This document shows positions 51,276 through 60,239 of a stretch of 64,000 nucleotides of DNA, piece after piece. The notes beneath the pieces are model-generated. The model saw only the letters and a list, made by a program, of their open reading frames with translations. It made no database searches and had not been told where the DNA came from. Positions within the stretch are counted from its first letter, which is position 1; each line of letters starts with the position of its first letter. A program made the position numbers and the translations under genes. The stretch comes from an uncultured Alphaproteobacteria bacterium. GTDB taxonomy: Bacteria > Pseudomonadota > Alphaproteobacteria > Rs-D84. The stretch lies in assembly GCA_947053455.1 (NCBI GenBank), contig CAMRSV010000003.1, positions 26,315-90,314 of the forward strand, written 5' to 3'.

Positions 51276-51775
51276 CTTTTATGCCGCCTTACCTTGCGCA
51301 TAACCATTTCGCGACGAACCGGCGACAGATGGTCTATGAACAACACTCCGTCCAAGTGGTCTGTTTCATGCTGAACAATGCGTCCGGGCAAGCCTGACAT
51401 GTGAGCGGCGCAATCTTTTCCAGATTCATCCGTCCATTCGACCGTGACGGTGGCCGGGCGTGATACATGCGAAAACACCGGCAGATTGTCCGGTCCAAGT
51501 ACGGACAGACATCCTTCCTCCATCGTGCATTTTTCATCAGAAAATTCCACGATACGTGGGTTAATCATTTTATAAACCGTATTTGAATCCGGATCCATCA
51601 TAACAAGCATACGCGATAAAATTCCAACCTGTGGCGCGGCAAGTCCAACACCGTTCTGTTCGCGCATCATTTGCGTCATTTCATCCAACGTTTTCAAAAT
51701 ATCCGGGGTTATATCTGTTACCGGTGTGCATTTTTCACGCAAAACCAAATCCCCACAAAGTTTCATTTGCAACAT
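51272..51775 (-). CDS. def: peptide deformylase
   Basis: GVGLAAPQVG, EEGCLS, QHETDHLDG. Confidence 0.98.
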   Translation of the reverse strand: MLQMKLCGDLVLREKCTPVTDITPDILKTLDEMTQMMREQNGVGLAAPQVGILSRMLVMMDPDSNTVYKMINPRIVEFSDEKCTMEEGCLSVLGPDNLPVFSHVSRPATVTVEWTDESGKDCAAHMSGLPGRIVQHETDHLDGVLFIDHLSPVRREMVMRKVRRHKR

Positions 51776-51817
51776 ACGTATTTCCTCTTATAATGAATTC
51801 TAGCAAAGGAAAGGCAA

Positions 51818-52696
51818 ATGACAACCTATATTTTAATAATTTCTGTTATGCTGGTGGCAATAATACTGATGCAGATTGCGATATTGATGCGACGGCCGGC
51901 ATTTGACATGTCGGGTCTGCGCGAAGATAATGCGCGCCTGCGCGAACGGCTGGCCGAACGCCTTGGGGCATTGTCCCAGAATGCGGCGGAACTAAAAAAT
52001 ATCAGCGCGGACATCGCAAATTTTAAAAACATACTAATGGGCAACAAACAGGCACGCGGCACATTCGGCGAACGCCAGTTAGAAGATTTGGTTGCCGACA
52101 TAATGCCACCAGACGCATATTCGTTTCAATGCGTAATGGACACGGGCGTGCGACCGGATTGCATAATCCGCCTGCCGTATCCGCCCGGTGACATGGTAAT
52201 TGACAGCAAATTTCCACTGGAAAGTTTTTCGCGCATGGGGGTCGACGACATTTATCGGAAACAATTTGAACTAGATGTAAGAAAGCATATAGACGCAATT
52301 GCGGAAAAATATATAATTCCGGGACGCACAGCGGAATCGGCAATGATGTTTATCGCATCAGAATCGATATTTGAAACCATTCACCGCGAATTTCCCGCGA
52401 CAATTGAATACGCCGCCCGCCGCAAGGTGTTTATTGTTTCCCCATCGACATTGTGGGCGACGCTTAACACCGTACGTGCTGTGCTATCTGATATAAAAAT
52501 AAAGCGTGTTGCAAACAAGATTAAACGCGAATTAGACTTGTTGCTGACAGATTTGGGGCGACTGGATGCGCGTGCAAAGAATGTACAGCAACACTTTGCC
52601 CAGGCGGCGTCCGACATAGAACAATTGCAAACATCAATAAACAAAATAACGCCGCGCGCCACGAACCTGCGCGATATGAATTTTGGCGAAGATTAA
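51818..52696 (+). CDS. rmuC: DNA recombination protein RmuC
   Basis: RGTFGERQLE, RPDCII, IDSKFPL, MFIASE, VSPSTLWATL. Confidence 0.95.
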   Translation: MTTYILIISVMLVAIILMQIAILMRRPAFDMSGLREDNARLRERLAERLGALSQNAAELKNISADIANFKNILMGNKQARGTFGERQLEDLVADIMPPDAYSFQCVMDTGVRPDCIIRLPYPPGDMVIDSKFPLESFSRMGVDDIYRKQFELDVRKHIDAIAEKYIIPGRTAESAMMFIASESIFETIHREFPATIEYAARRKVFIVSPSTLWATLNTVRAVLSDIKIKRVANKIKRELDLLLTDLGRLDARAKNVQQHFAQAASDIEQLQTSINKITPRATNLRDMNFGED

Positions 52697-52729
52697 ATAA
52701 TAAAAAAGCCCGCACCGCGGGCGTTTTTA

Positions 52730-53257
52730 TTATCGGTCGGCAACTTTGCCTTTACCAAGTGTCCTAAATAACAAACCATTTTGGGTTTTATTGTTATTTA
52801 ATATCAAATTGATATGTTCCATTATCTGGCTTTTTTCTTTCTTAATCTTTTCTGTAAGATTATTTTGTATCTGTTTTTGTAATTTAGGGTCGGTGATTTC
52901 CATTAATTCTTGTAAATCAAAAGATTCCGCCCATTTATTCCGATCAAAATGAACCCCTTTTATATTAATCAGGCTCAGGTTCGGCCTGCCAATTACTATT
53001 ACAGGTGCCACATTATCCATTTCTTTAAAAATTTTTTTCAATTCCTCAAAACTTTCATTATTATTTTTGAAATCTATTTTATCTATTGTTTTGGAAAAAC
53101 CGTATTTACTTATAAATGTTGCTATTTTTAGATAATACTTTGGCACATAATCATAAATTGCCCAATCGGCAGGAACCGGCCCCAATTTCTCTAAATCCTT
53201 TTTCCAACTTGCTAATGCATTAAGCATTTGCACACGACGTATACTTTTTTCAAACAT
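52730..53257 (-). CDS. AT-rich ORFan
   Basis: Lys/Asn/Ile-rich ORF with SD, flanked by terminator hairpins at about 52703-52728 and 53308-53337. Confidence 0.7.
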   Translation of the reverse strand: MFEKSIRRVQMLNALASWKKDLEKLGPVPADWAIYDYVPKYYLKIATFISKYGFSKTIDKIDFKNNNESFEELKKIFKEMDNVAPVIVIGRPNLSLINIKGVHFDRNKWAESFDLQELMEITDPKLQKQIQNNLTEKIKKEKSQIMEHINLILNNNKTQNGLLFRTLGKGKVADR

Positions 53258-53335
53258 TTTAAAATCCCCTTTGCCAGATTATTATCATTATAGCATGAAA
53301 CGACGTTAAAAAAAAATCCCGCAATGCGGGATTTT

Positions 53336-54040
53336 TTACAATTCTATTTTGCCGTTTGTGGCGATTAAGTCCGCCGCCATTTCAATTTTACCGCCCGCTT
53401 CGCGTACAAGCAAATCGCCCGCCGCAATTTCAGCGTAGTCCAACGCATCGGACACAAAGCCATCAAATTTACCCGCCGCAACATTTGCCAAATCCAGTGC
53501 CGGGCACCCAGTGCGGCGCACATCGCCAATAATCGGACGCGGCGCCGACGTATTATATGCAACCGTCGATTCGGTCACATCTGATATATTTGAAACCTTG
53601 ATACGCGCCGAATGAAACGCGGAAAAGGCGTATGCGCCGCGTTCCGCTTCGGCATAATATAATCTTTCGTCAATTGGGGAATAAACCAGCGCAATACGGG
53701 TTTCGTCATTTGTACGCAATGCCAACGATATTGCAAAATATGGATTTGCGCGAACAAAATTTTGCGCCCCAGACAGTGACAGTACAAATTCATCGCGCCC
53801 ATCGCCCGCCTTTGATACATTGGGCGTCAAAAGCCCCGCACTTGGACGCACCAGCAGTAAATCGGATAGAATACTTTCCTCTATTCTGGCGGCGGCCTTT
53901 TGCACAAAATCGTGCGCACCGCGCAAAGACTGCTGCAGGTTTTCCACCTCTCCGAAATCACGGCGCAGACCAGACGCGGTGCGTTGCAGCGCCATAAACA
54001 TTTTATTCAGTTCGGTTGAACCCTTAATCAGCAATTCCAT
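53336..54040 (-). CDS. inositol monophosphatase (SuhB) family protein
   Basis: RDFGEVENLQ N-terminus, RRTGCPALDLANVAAGKFDG, IAAGDLLVREAGG; metal-site motifs appear degenerate. Confidence 0.85.
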   Translation of the reverse strand: MELLIKGSTELNKMFMALQRTASGLRRDFGEVENLQQSLRGAHDFVQKAAARIEESILSDLLLVRPSAGLLTPNVSKAGDGRDEFVLSLSGAQNFVRANPYFAISLALRTNDETRIALVYSPIDERLYYAEAERGAYAFSAFHSARIKVSNISDVTESTVAYNTSAPRPIIGDVRRTGCPALDLANVAAGKFDGFVSDALDYAEIAAGDLLVREAGGKIEMAADLIATNGKIEL

Positions 54041-54069
54041 ATCGCATTCCCCCCGGATTAGTTTTTATT

Positions 54070-54282
54070 TTAGAACTTAAATCCGGCGAATTTTGCCTTG
54101 AACCCAGCCGCACGCTGTCCCTTGTCACCGGCGTTAGAACGCTGACCAGTCCAGGCGGAATGATTCAAATTATCTGTGGACAAAACCAAGTTTTTTTTAA
54201 CGGAAGAATACATTTTTACCGTATTTCCATCCGTCATTGTGACGTTGATTTCATGATATTCAGGATGAATTCCTTTTTTCAT
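54070..54282 (-). CDS. rpmE: 50S ribosomal protein L31 (Cys-less)
   Basis: MKKGIHPEYH..HSAWTG..FKAKF. Confidence 0.96.
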   Translation of the reverse strand: MKKGIHPEYHEINVTMTDGNTVKMYSSVKKNLVLSTDNLNHSAWTGQRSNAGDKGQRAAGFKAKFAGFKF

Positions 54283-54364
54283 AGCATAACCCTTTTTATA
54301 AAATTTAGCTCATGAATTATATAAGTAATTTTAGAGAAATCAAGCAATATTCGCAGCAAATCCG

Positions 54365-54874
54365 TTAATAACGCCCGATACACCCCAGATATGAATTGCC
54401 GGTCGATTCGAGTATATTTATAAACTGTCCCTGATTCTTTCCAGAAAAAAGCGCCAAAATAGTCCCCGCGTCTGTTGCCAACATGTCGGCCACCGTCGCA
54501 ATGGATGAATTCATTTTCTTAAAAAATCCGCTGGTAGGATATATTTCCGCCGCCAGCAGTTGATTGGTTCCACGCGCATTTGCATGTGTGCCTGATTTTA
54601 TCACCATTAATTGACATTCCGACGATATTATCATTTTGTCCGTCACGACAGCATCCCCCCCCAGCAGTTCGCCCCACCACCCGGTCGATTCGCAAAAAAC
54701 CGGGTAATAAACGACTGCATTTGGTGTTTCATTAAATAACGCCGCCAAATCAAGGTCATCTGTTAAAACGGTCGGCATTGTGCCAGTCGCAGAATTTATA
54801 ACCTTTCGCGCCAGGTGATACGTAGCCTCATCCCCACGTTTACGCGTCCAATAAAGAATCGGAATCTGTTTCAT
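54365..54874 (-). CDS. hypothetical protein
   Basis: 169-aa ORF with an extended -10 directly before the ATG; no recognised motif. Confidence 0.7.
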   Translation of the reverse strand: MKQIPILYWTRKRGDEATYHLARKVINSATGTMPTVLTDDLDLAALFNETPNAVVYYPVFCESTGWWGELLGGDAVVTDKMIISSECQLMVIKSGTHANARGTNQLLAAEIYPTSGFFKKMNSSIATVADMLATDAGTILALFSGKNQGQFINILESTGNSYLGCIGRY

Positions 54875-54942
54875 CGCTATGAATTATATCAGATTCGGAA
54901 TGTATAAAAAAGGGGGGCAAGTGAAATAAAGGACTTGATTTT

Positions 54943-56229
54943 TTATTTTTTTATTTCCCCGTACCATTTTTTAAGGTTTTGCCACATAATTTTTGCATTA
55001 TTTTTGAACTGGTTATAAAAATCTTCTGAAATATTGATGTTAAACAGCATCTTGGCCAGCGCAACCGTTGATGTCATAAACATCGCAATAAATATTCCCA
55101 TAAGTATAATAGTTACCAAACTGTCGTTATGCATCAACAGTCCGTCCATTAAAATGCCCGAATCGTTTTTCTCAATCGCTGTGGCAAGCGCACCCGCCCC
55201 ATCCCAGCGTCCGAAAACCGCATTCAAAAACATAACAGAAAATGTAACGAATACGCCCACCGCCGCAATCCCAAGCGTTCCAGACACAACGTCATTTATC
55301 ATCGATTGTATGTTTTTCTTGCCCGTGGGTAATATTTTCCAATCCGAAAACAACCACGACAACAGCATTATCGGCAACATTATCAAATCCATGGAAAGTT
55401 TTATAAACACCTCCAAGAAATATATAGGCACCGGCAGCAGTGCATAGAAAAATAACGCCAATATCAATGCACCGGCAAAGAAAATCGGAACATTTGGAAA
55501 AATCGGGATATCCCACATTATTTTATGCATATATTTTTCATTAAACGCCATATTAAGCATTGTCCATCCAACGGTCATCCCCAATCCCGTCATCTGGTGC
55601 GCATTGGCCACCTCGCACGCCAGATTATGCCGCAGACGCGGCGAAAACGCCCCGGACGCAGCGGACGTATCGGATACAGACACAGGGTCTGCAATCGCGG
55701 TTGCAACCACGCACTCGGCAAACTTATCGTTACCGGCAACAACACGATTAAGTGATAATCCGATGTTAAATATCGGCTCTATCGCAACGGTGGTAAGTAT
55801 ACGCGGCATCGGCGCCAACAGAACCGCCCCCACAAAAACTAACTTTATAATGTGCGTACCAAACGTACTTGTAGTTGTCCAAGCATCTTCAGTTTTACCT
55901 TCCATAAATCCGGATGTCATTTTCCATGCAAACCATATAGCCGTAAGTGCCGCCGACATTGGAAAAACGACGCGCCCAATTGCCCCATACGCGCGTGGCA
56001 ACAGACCTGACATCGTTGCCATAACATCCGAAAACATCTGACACGACCAACAGGTCGAGAAAAAATTCATTGCATCCGCCATATTGACTGGCGCCGCCGA
56101 CCGATAAATTGAAAAGCCTGCAACAACCCCAATTCCGACCAGTCCACCCACGACAAACGGAGCCACCGCCCCGGCTGCGACCGGGGCAAATGCAATAATT
56201 GCAATCCAGAACTTTTTTAACCAATTCAT
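54943..56229 (-). CDS. VirB6/TrbL-like polytopic membrane protein (paralogue 1, CWSC)
   Basis: Start reassigned to MNWLKK; multi-TM; FLEVFIKLSMDLIMLPIMLLSWLF helix matches the VirB6 conserved Pro segment. Confidence 0.68.
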   Translation of the reverse strand: MNWLKKFWIAIIAFAPVAAGAVAPFVVGGLVGIGVVAGFSIYRSAAPVNMADAMNFFSTCWSCQMFSDVMATMSGLLPRAYGAIGRVVFPMSAALTAIWFAWKMTSGFMEGKTEDAWTTTSTFGTHIIKLVFVGAVLLAPMPRILTTVAIEPIFNIGLSLNRVVAGNDKFAECVVATAIADPVSVSDTSAASGAFSPRLRHNLACEVANAHQMTGLGMTVGWTMLNMAFNEKYMHKIMWDIPIFPNVPIFFAGALILALFFYALLPVPIYFLEVFIKLSMDLIMLPIMLLSWLFSDWKILPTGKKNIQSMINDVVSGTLGIAAVGVFVTFSVMFLNAVFGRWDGAGALATAIEKNDSGILMDGLLMHNDSLVTIILMGIFIAMFMTSTVALAKMLFNINISEDFYNQFKNNAKIMWQNLKKWYGEIKK

Positions 56230-56296
56230 TGTTTTAACTATATCATATTTTGCATCAAATGTGATATAATTGAAAAGATAAATAATACGGGCGGGA

Positions 56297-57571
56297 ATGT
56301 TTTTTTTCAAACGGAGGACTTTTTTATCCATTGTTCTGGCGGCGGGATTGATATTTAATTCCGCGATGCCCGCATTTGCCGATATCGTCGACAGTTTTAA
56401 TCTGGCACCGTTTGTGCCGACGGTGCTTGATGCGCTGATGATGGTTGCCACCGGCGGATATGAATTTTTTGTAGGCAAAGGCAACGGCATCATATACATC
56501 CTGGTCTGGGGTTTTTTGGCGTTTTCACTAACATACGGTATTGCAAAAATGTATTTCCCGAAAATTGCCGGCGACCTGTTGGGGACAAGCGGGGTTGGCA
56601 CAATGATGGACGGCAAGGTAACGGCACAAAACATTATTCAAAACAATGTCATGAAACCTGTTTTGCGCGCGATTATTGCGGCGGCGGTGTTATTACAACT
56701 GCGTCCCGCATTTATGACTGAATGGCTGGTCAATCCGTTTTTGCAGGTGGGTGCAATTTACACACGCGCAATAACCGATACAATCAACACCGGCATCGCC
56801 GCACCAAAAATGGAATGCCCGCCCGAAATTGTTGAAAAAGAATGGATTTCAAAATCTTCGTGCGAATTTCTGATTCAACCCGTGGCGGACATATCGGTCG
56901 CAAACAATCAGGTTATCAAAACAGGTTTTGGCTTTATTACGCGTGGGCTGCGTGGATTGATGACGCTGGTGCCGCACGGCGGCGAAGATTTCTTGAATCT
57001 GGTCACGGGAATTTTACTGGTGACGACATTTGTCGCATCGAATCTGTTCATGGCACTGCTAATTATACAGGCGATATTTAATTTTGGTATGGCGCTGATA
57101 CTGTATCCATTTAATGTTTTGGCGTATGTTGCAAAATCCAGTGACAAATGGCTGGACATATGGCCGGCATTTTCGGGCATAACCAAGGCATTACAAAGAC
57201 TGATTATAACAATGATTGCATGTGCGTTCATATTGTGCATAAATGTTTCGGTGATACGCGCCCTGTTCCAATGGAACAGTTCCGTCTTTGTTGTTGCGGC
57301 CGGCGGCGTTGGAACCAGCAACATGCCGCAAATAGCAACCAACGCGATGGGCTTTGGCGCGCATTCAATACTGTGGTTGTCGGCGATACTGACATTTTAT
57401 TTGATGTTCCGCATCTTTGCACTGACACGCGAACAATTAAACGCGTATGTCGGCGGCGGAATGGATAACCTATATAAAAGCACAACCAATGACGCAAAGA
57501 CCATGTGGGCGGGCGCAAAAAATTTGGGCAAAAAAATCGGCACGGCCGCGGGATGGATTAAAAAGAAATGA
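56297..57571 (+). CDS. VirB6/TrbL-like protein (paralogue 2)
   Basis: Signal-like N-terminus; IIQAIFNFGMALILYPFNVLAYV. Confidence 0.65.
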   Translation: MFFFKRRTFLSIVLAAGLIFNSAMPAFADIVDSFNLAPFVPTVLDALMMVATGGYEFFVGKGNGIIYILVWGFLAFSLTYGIAKMYFPKIAGDLLGTSGVGTMMDGKVTAQNIIQNNVMKPVLRAIIAAAVLLQLRPAFMTEWLVNPFLQVGAIYTRAITDTINTGIAAPKMECPPEIVEKEWISKSSCEFLIQPVADISVANNQVIKTGFGFITRGLRGLMTLVPHGGEDFLNLVTGILLVTTFVASNLFMALLIIQAIFNFGMALILYPFNVLAYVAKSSDKWLDIWPAFSGITKALQRLIITMIACAFILCINVSVIRALFQWNSSVFVVAAGGVGTSNMPQIATNAMGFGAHSILWLSAILTFYLMFRIFALTREQLNAYVGGGMDNLYKSTTNDAKTMWAGAKNLGKKIGTAAGWIKKK

Positions 57572-58791
57572 ACGGTATCGCAAACTATTTTGTAGACAAC
57601 GCCGTCCAGTGCTGGGGATGTCCGGTGTTTGACCGGCTGTTCCAAATCGTGTCAAACGGCGCGGCGGCGGTCTATTCACAATTTAGTACGATATGCCTGA
57701 TTATATTCTGCGTACTGTTTGCGTTTTATGTCGTAAACGCCGTGTGGAAAAACATGCAATCAGGTGGCGATGACCCGTTTTATCAGAAATCAATGCGCCC
57801 GGTTATTATAAATTCAATAGTCGCGCTATCATTGCTGGGGCTGGGTGTTGCGTTGCCCCGGCTTATAACGACGGTGACATTTGAACCGGTGGCACAAATG
57901 GCGACTGTGTACACCCAAACTATGATTGGCACCGATTCTGCGGCGGTTAATGAACGTGTTACATACACACCCGAAAAAATGTCAGACAACGGATTTTACC
58001 GCCCGCAAATGCGCGATATGATAATAATGCTTACCAAGACAACAATAACGCAATTTCAATCATACATGAAACTGGGAATTGCCGTTATGGACAAGGCATT
58101 TTCCTGGGACGCGCTGCTGGGCATAGGCGCATTGATTAAGCATATAATATTGTTTTTAATCGGGCTTTACCTTTTCTATGGATTTTTCAAGATATTTGCG
58201 AAGTTCTGCTTTTATTTCGCAGACATTATTGTGGCGATGGCATTCTTTGCGTTTTTCTTTCCACTCTCACTGGTGCTAATGGCGTTCAAAGGTGCACAGA
58301 ACGTTCCAGGCTGGATGTCGGGTCTTGGTAAAAATATCGGCATAGGTCAATTTAAGAACCTGATTAAGGCGATAATAACGCTGGCGGCGGCCGTGATAAC
58401 ATACACAGTTATAGTGGTGATAATCGCCAAATACTTTTCAGCCCCCGGTGCATCGGCGGCCGACCTAATGCAAATAATCACCAGTGGGAATATATTTGCC
58501 GCGGACTTATCAGACGAAAATCTGGCGGCAATGACACTTATGGGCGCGGTTGTGCTGATATATGTCTTGAACTTTATTTATTCCCAGATACCAGAGGTTA
58601 CAAAAATGGTGCTGGATGTATTCGGTACTTCTGAAAAACATAATTTGGGCGATGCATTGGCCAAAGATGCGATGCAACTTACCAACGCGGTAATAAACAC
58701 TGCGAAAAATATTGGAAAAACCGTCATGTCCAGCGGGAATCAGAAAGAAGAAAAAACCGACGGTAAAAAAGACAATAAGGCAGCCAAATGA
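57568..58791 (+). CDS. VirB6/TrbL-like protein (paralogue 3, CWGC)
   Basis: FYFADIIVAMAFFAFFFPLSLVLMAFK; ATGA overlap with the previous gene. Confidence 0.68.
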   Translation: MNGIANYFVDNAVQCWGCPVFDRLFQIVSNGAAAVYSQFSTICLIIFCVLFAFYVVNAVWKNMQSGGDDPFYQKSMRPVIINSIVALSLLGLGVALPRLITTVTFEPVAQMATVYTQTMIGTDSAAVNERVTYTPEKMSDNGFYRPQMRDMIIMLTKTTITQFQSYMKLGIAVMDKAFSWDALLGIGALIKHIILFLIGLYLFYGFFKIFAKFCFYFADIIVAMAFFAFFFPLSLVLMAFKGAQNVPGWMSGLGKNIGIGQFKNLIKAIITLAAAVITYTVIVVIIAKYFSAPGASAADLMQIITSGNIFAADLSDENLAAMTLMGAVVLIYVLNFIYSQIPEVTKMVLDVFGTSEKHNLGDALAKDAMQLTNAVINTAKNIGKTVMSSGNQKEEKTDGKKDNKAAK

Positions 58792-60230
58792 AAGCAAAAC
58801 TTATCATGATTGCCATTCGTTTGATTATGGGCGCAATTGCACTTGGGCTTGGCATTTGGTATTTGTCGTCGTCAATTGGGGGGGCATCCCTGACCTATTC
58901 CAGCATGAACGGATTCATGTCTGCAATCGGGGCGACGGACGGGGATATCGCAAACGTGAACGGATGCTTTATGTGCGGTTATGTAGCGGAAATATTTGGC
59001 GTCATTGGGCGGGCGGCGGAAATGTTTTGGACGGCGATGGTCGACAACATCTGGATTTTAATGGCGATTGGGTTTGGAATATTCTTGTTTATCTACACGG
59101 CGCAATACATATTTGACGCGGCGAAAAAAACCACCACCCTTGATGGCAAGGAAAAGTCCCTAGAGTTTAAGGGTTGGTTTGATAAAATCTGGCCACAGGC
59201 GGTGCGGATTATTGCCGTCGGCGCACTGATGGGCATGCTGGGGATGGGGGGAACCACCGCACTGCGCGCGGTAACCCAGGTGACGGTGACGCCCGTGCTG
59301 TTTGTCGGCACACAAATAGCCATGGCCGCAACCGGGGTAGACAACGCCGCATCATGCGGCGGCGGTACGATTGCGGCGGCGGCCCGAAACGATGTTCTAA
59401 ATCCGGTTCTACAACCTTTTATGTGCATTGTAGGTAATATAAACAGCGTAATGCTGGCCGGTGCGGCGGGTGGCTTTGCCCTTATGAACTACGCATGGCT
59501 GGGGATGGGCGGCGGCGCAATAACATGGATTGCGGGATTGGCTCTGGTGATAATGTTTTTACTAATCGGGTTCAAATTATTCTTTGAAATATTGTCCGTC
59601 GTGTTTGAATTGATATTTGTAATAATATTTATGCCACTGCTGCTAGCGGCGGCGGCATTTGAACCCGTTTGGAATGCGGCATCAGGATTAATAAAAAAGG
59701 CAATCAATTTGTTAATTAACGCAGCCATCCAGGTTGTACGCATCGCACTTAAAACACTGATAATATATGCGACCGTATCATACGCCGCCGACATTTACTT
59801 TCCCGGCCCCGCCGATGGATACAGCGCCATACTGCCGCCAATGATGGGGCGCGAAATTCAAAACCCGGATGCACAGACACTTTCGGTCATGACAGTATTT
59901 TCCGACTGTGAAAAGGTATCACTTGCAGACGGTGAAATGAACGCGGACAAATTCAAAAAGTGCTTTACCGCACGGCGAGCAGAGGTTGAACGCCGATACC
60001 CTGGCGCGTTTGATTTCCTGTCGGATGGGTGGGATTTCATGATGCTGATGCTGGGGCTGTTTATATTGTACTTTTTCGCACTTGAACCGGAAATCAACAA
60101 AATACTGGGCAAGGATTTAAAAACCAATTTTGACTTTGGCGGGAATATTCTGGCATTGGGCAAAAAGATATGGGCGGCTCCAAGGCAAATATTTGAAACT
60201 ATATCAAAAACCGTCGGCAAAAAGGACTAG
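58788..60230 (+). CDS. VirB6/TrbL-like protein (paralogue 4, CFMC)
   Basis: FELIFVIIFMPLLLAAAAFEP..KKAINLLINAAIQ; ATGA overlap. Confidence 0.7.
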   Translation: MKAKLIMIAIRLIMGAIALGLGIWYLSSSIGGASLTYSSMNGFMSAIGATDGDIANVNGCFMCGYVAEIFGVIGRAAEMFWTAMVDNIWILMAIGFGIFLFIYTAQYIFDAAKKTTTLDGKEKSLEFKGWFDKIWPQAVRIIAVGALMGMLGMGGTTALRAVTQVTVTPVLFVGTQIAMAATGVDNAASCGGGTIAAAARNDVLNPVLQPFMCIVGNINSVMLAGAAGGFALMNYAWLGMGGGAITWIAGLALVIMFLLIGFKLFFEILSVVFELIFVIIFMPLLLAAAAFEPVWNAASGLIKKAINLLINAAIQVVRIALKTLIIYATVSYAADIYFPGPADGYSAILPPMMGREIQNPDAQTLSVMTVFSDCEKVSLADGEMNADKFKKCFTARRAEVERRYPGAFDFLSDGWDFMMLMLGLFILYFFALEPEINKILGKDLKTNFDFGGNILALGKKIWAAPRQIFETISKTVGKKD

Positions 60231-60239
60231 GCGCCAACA

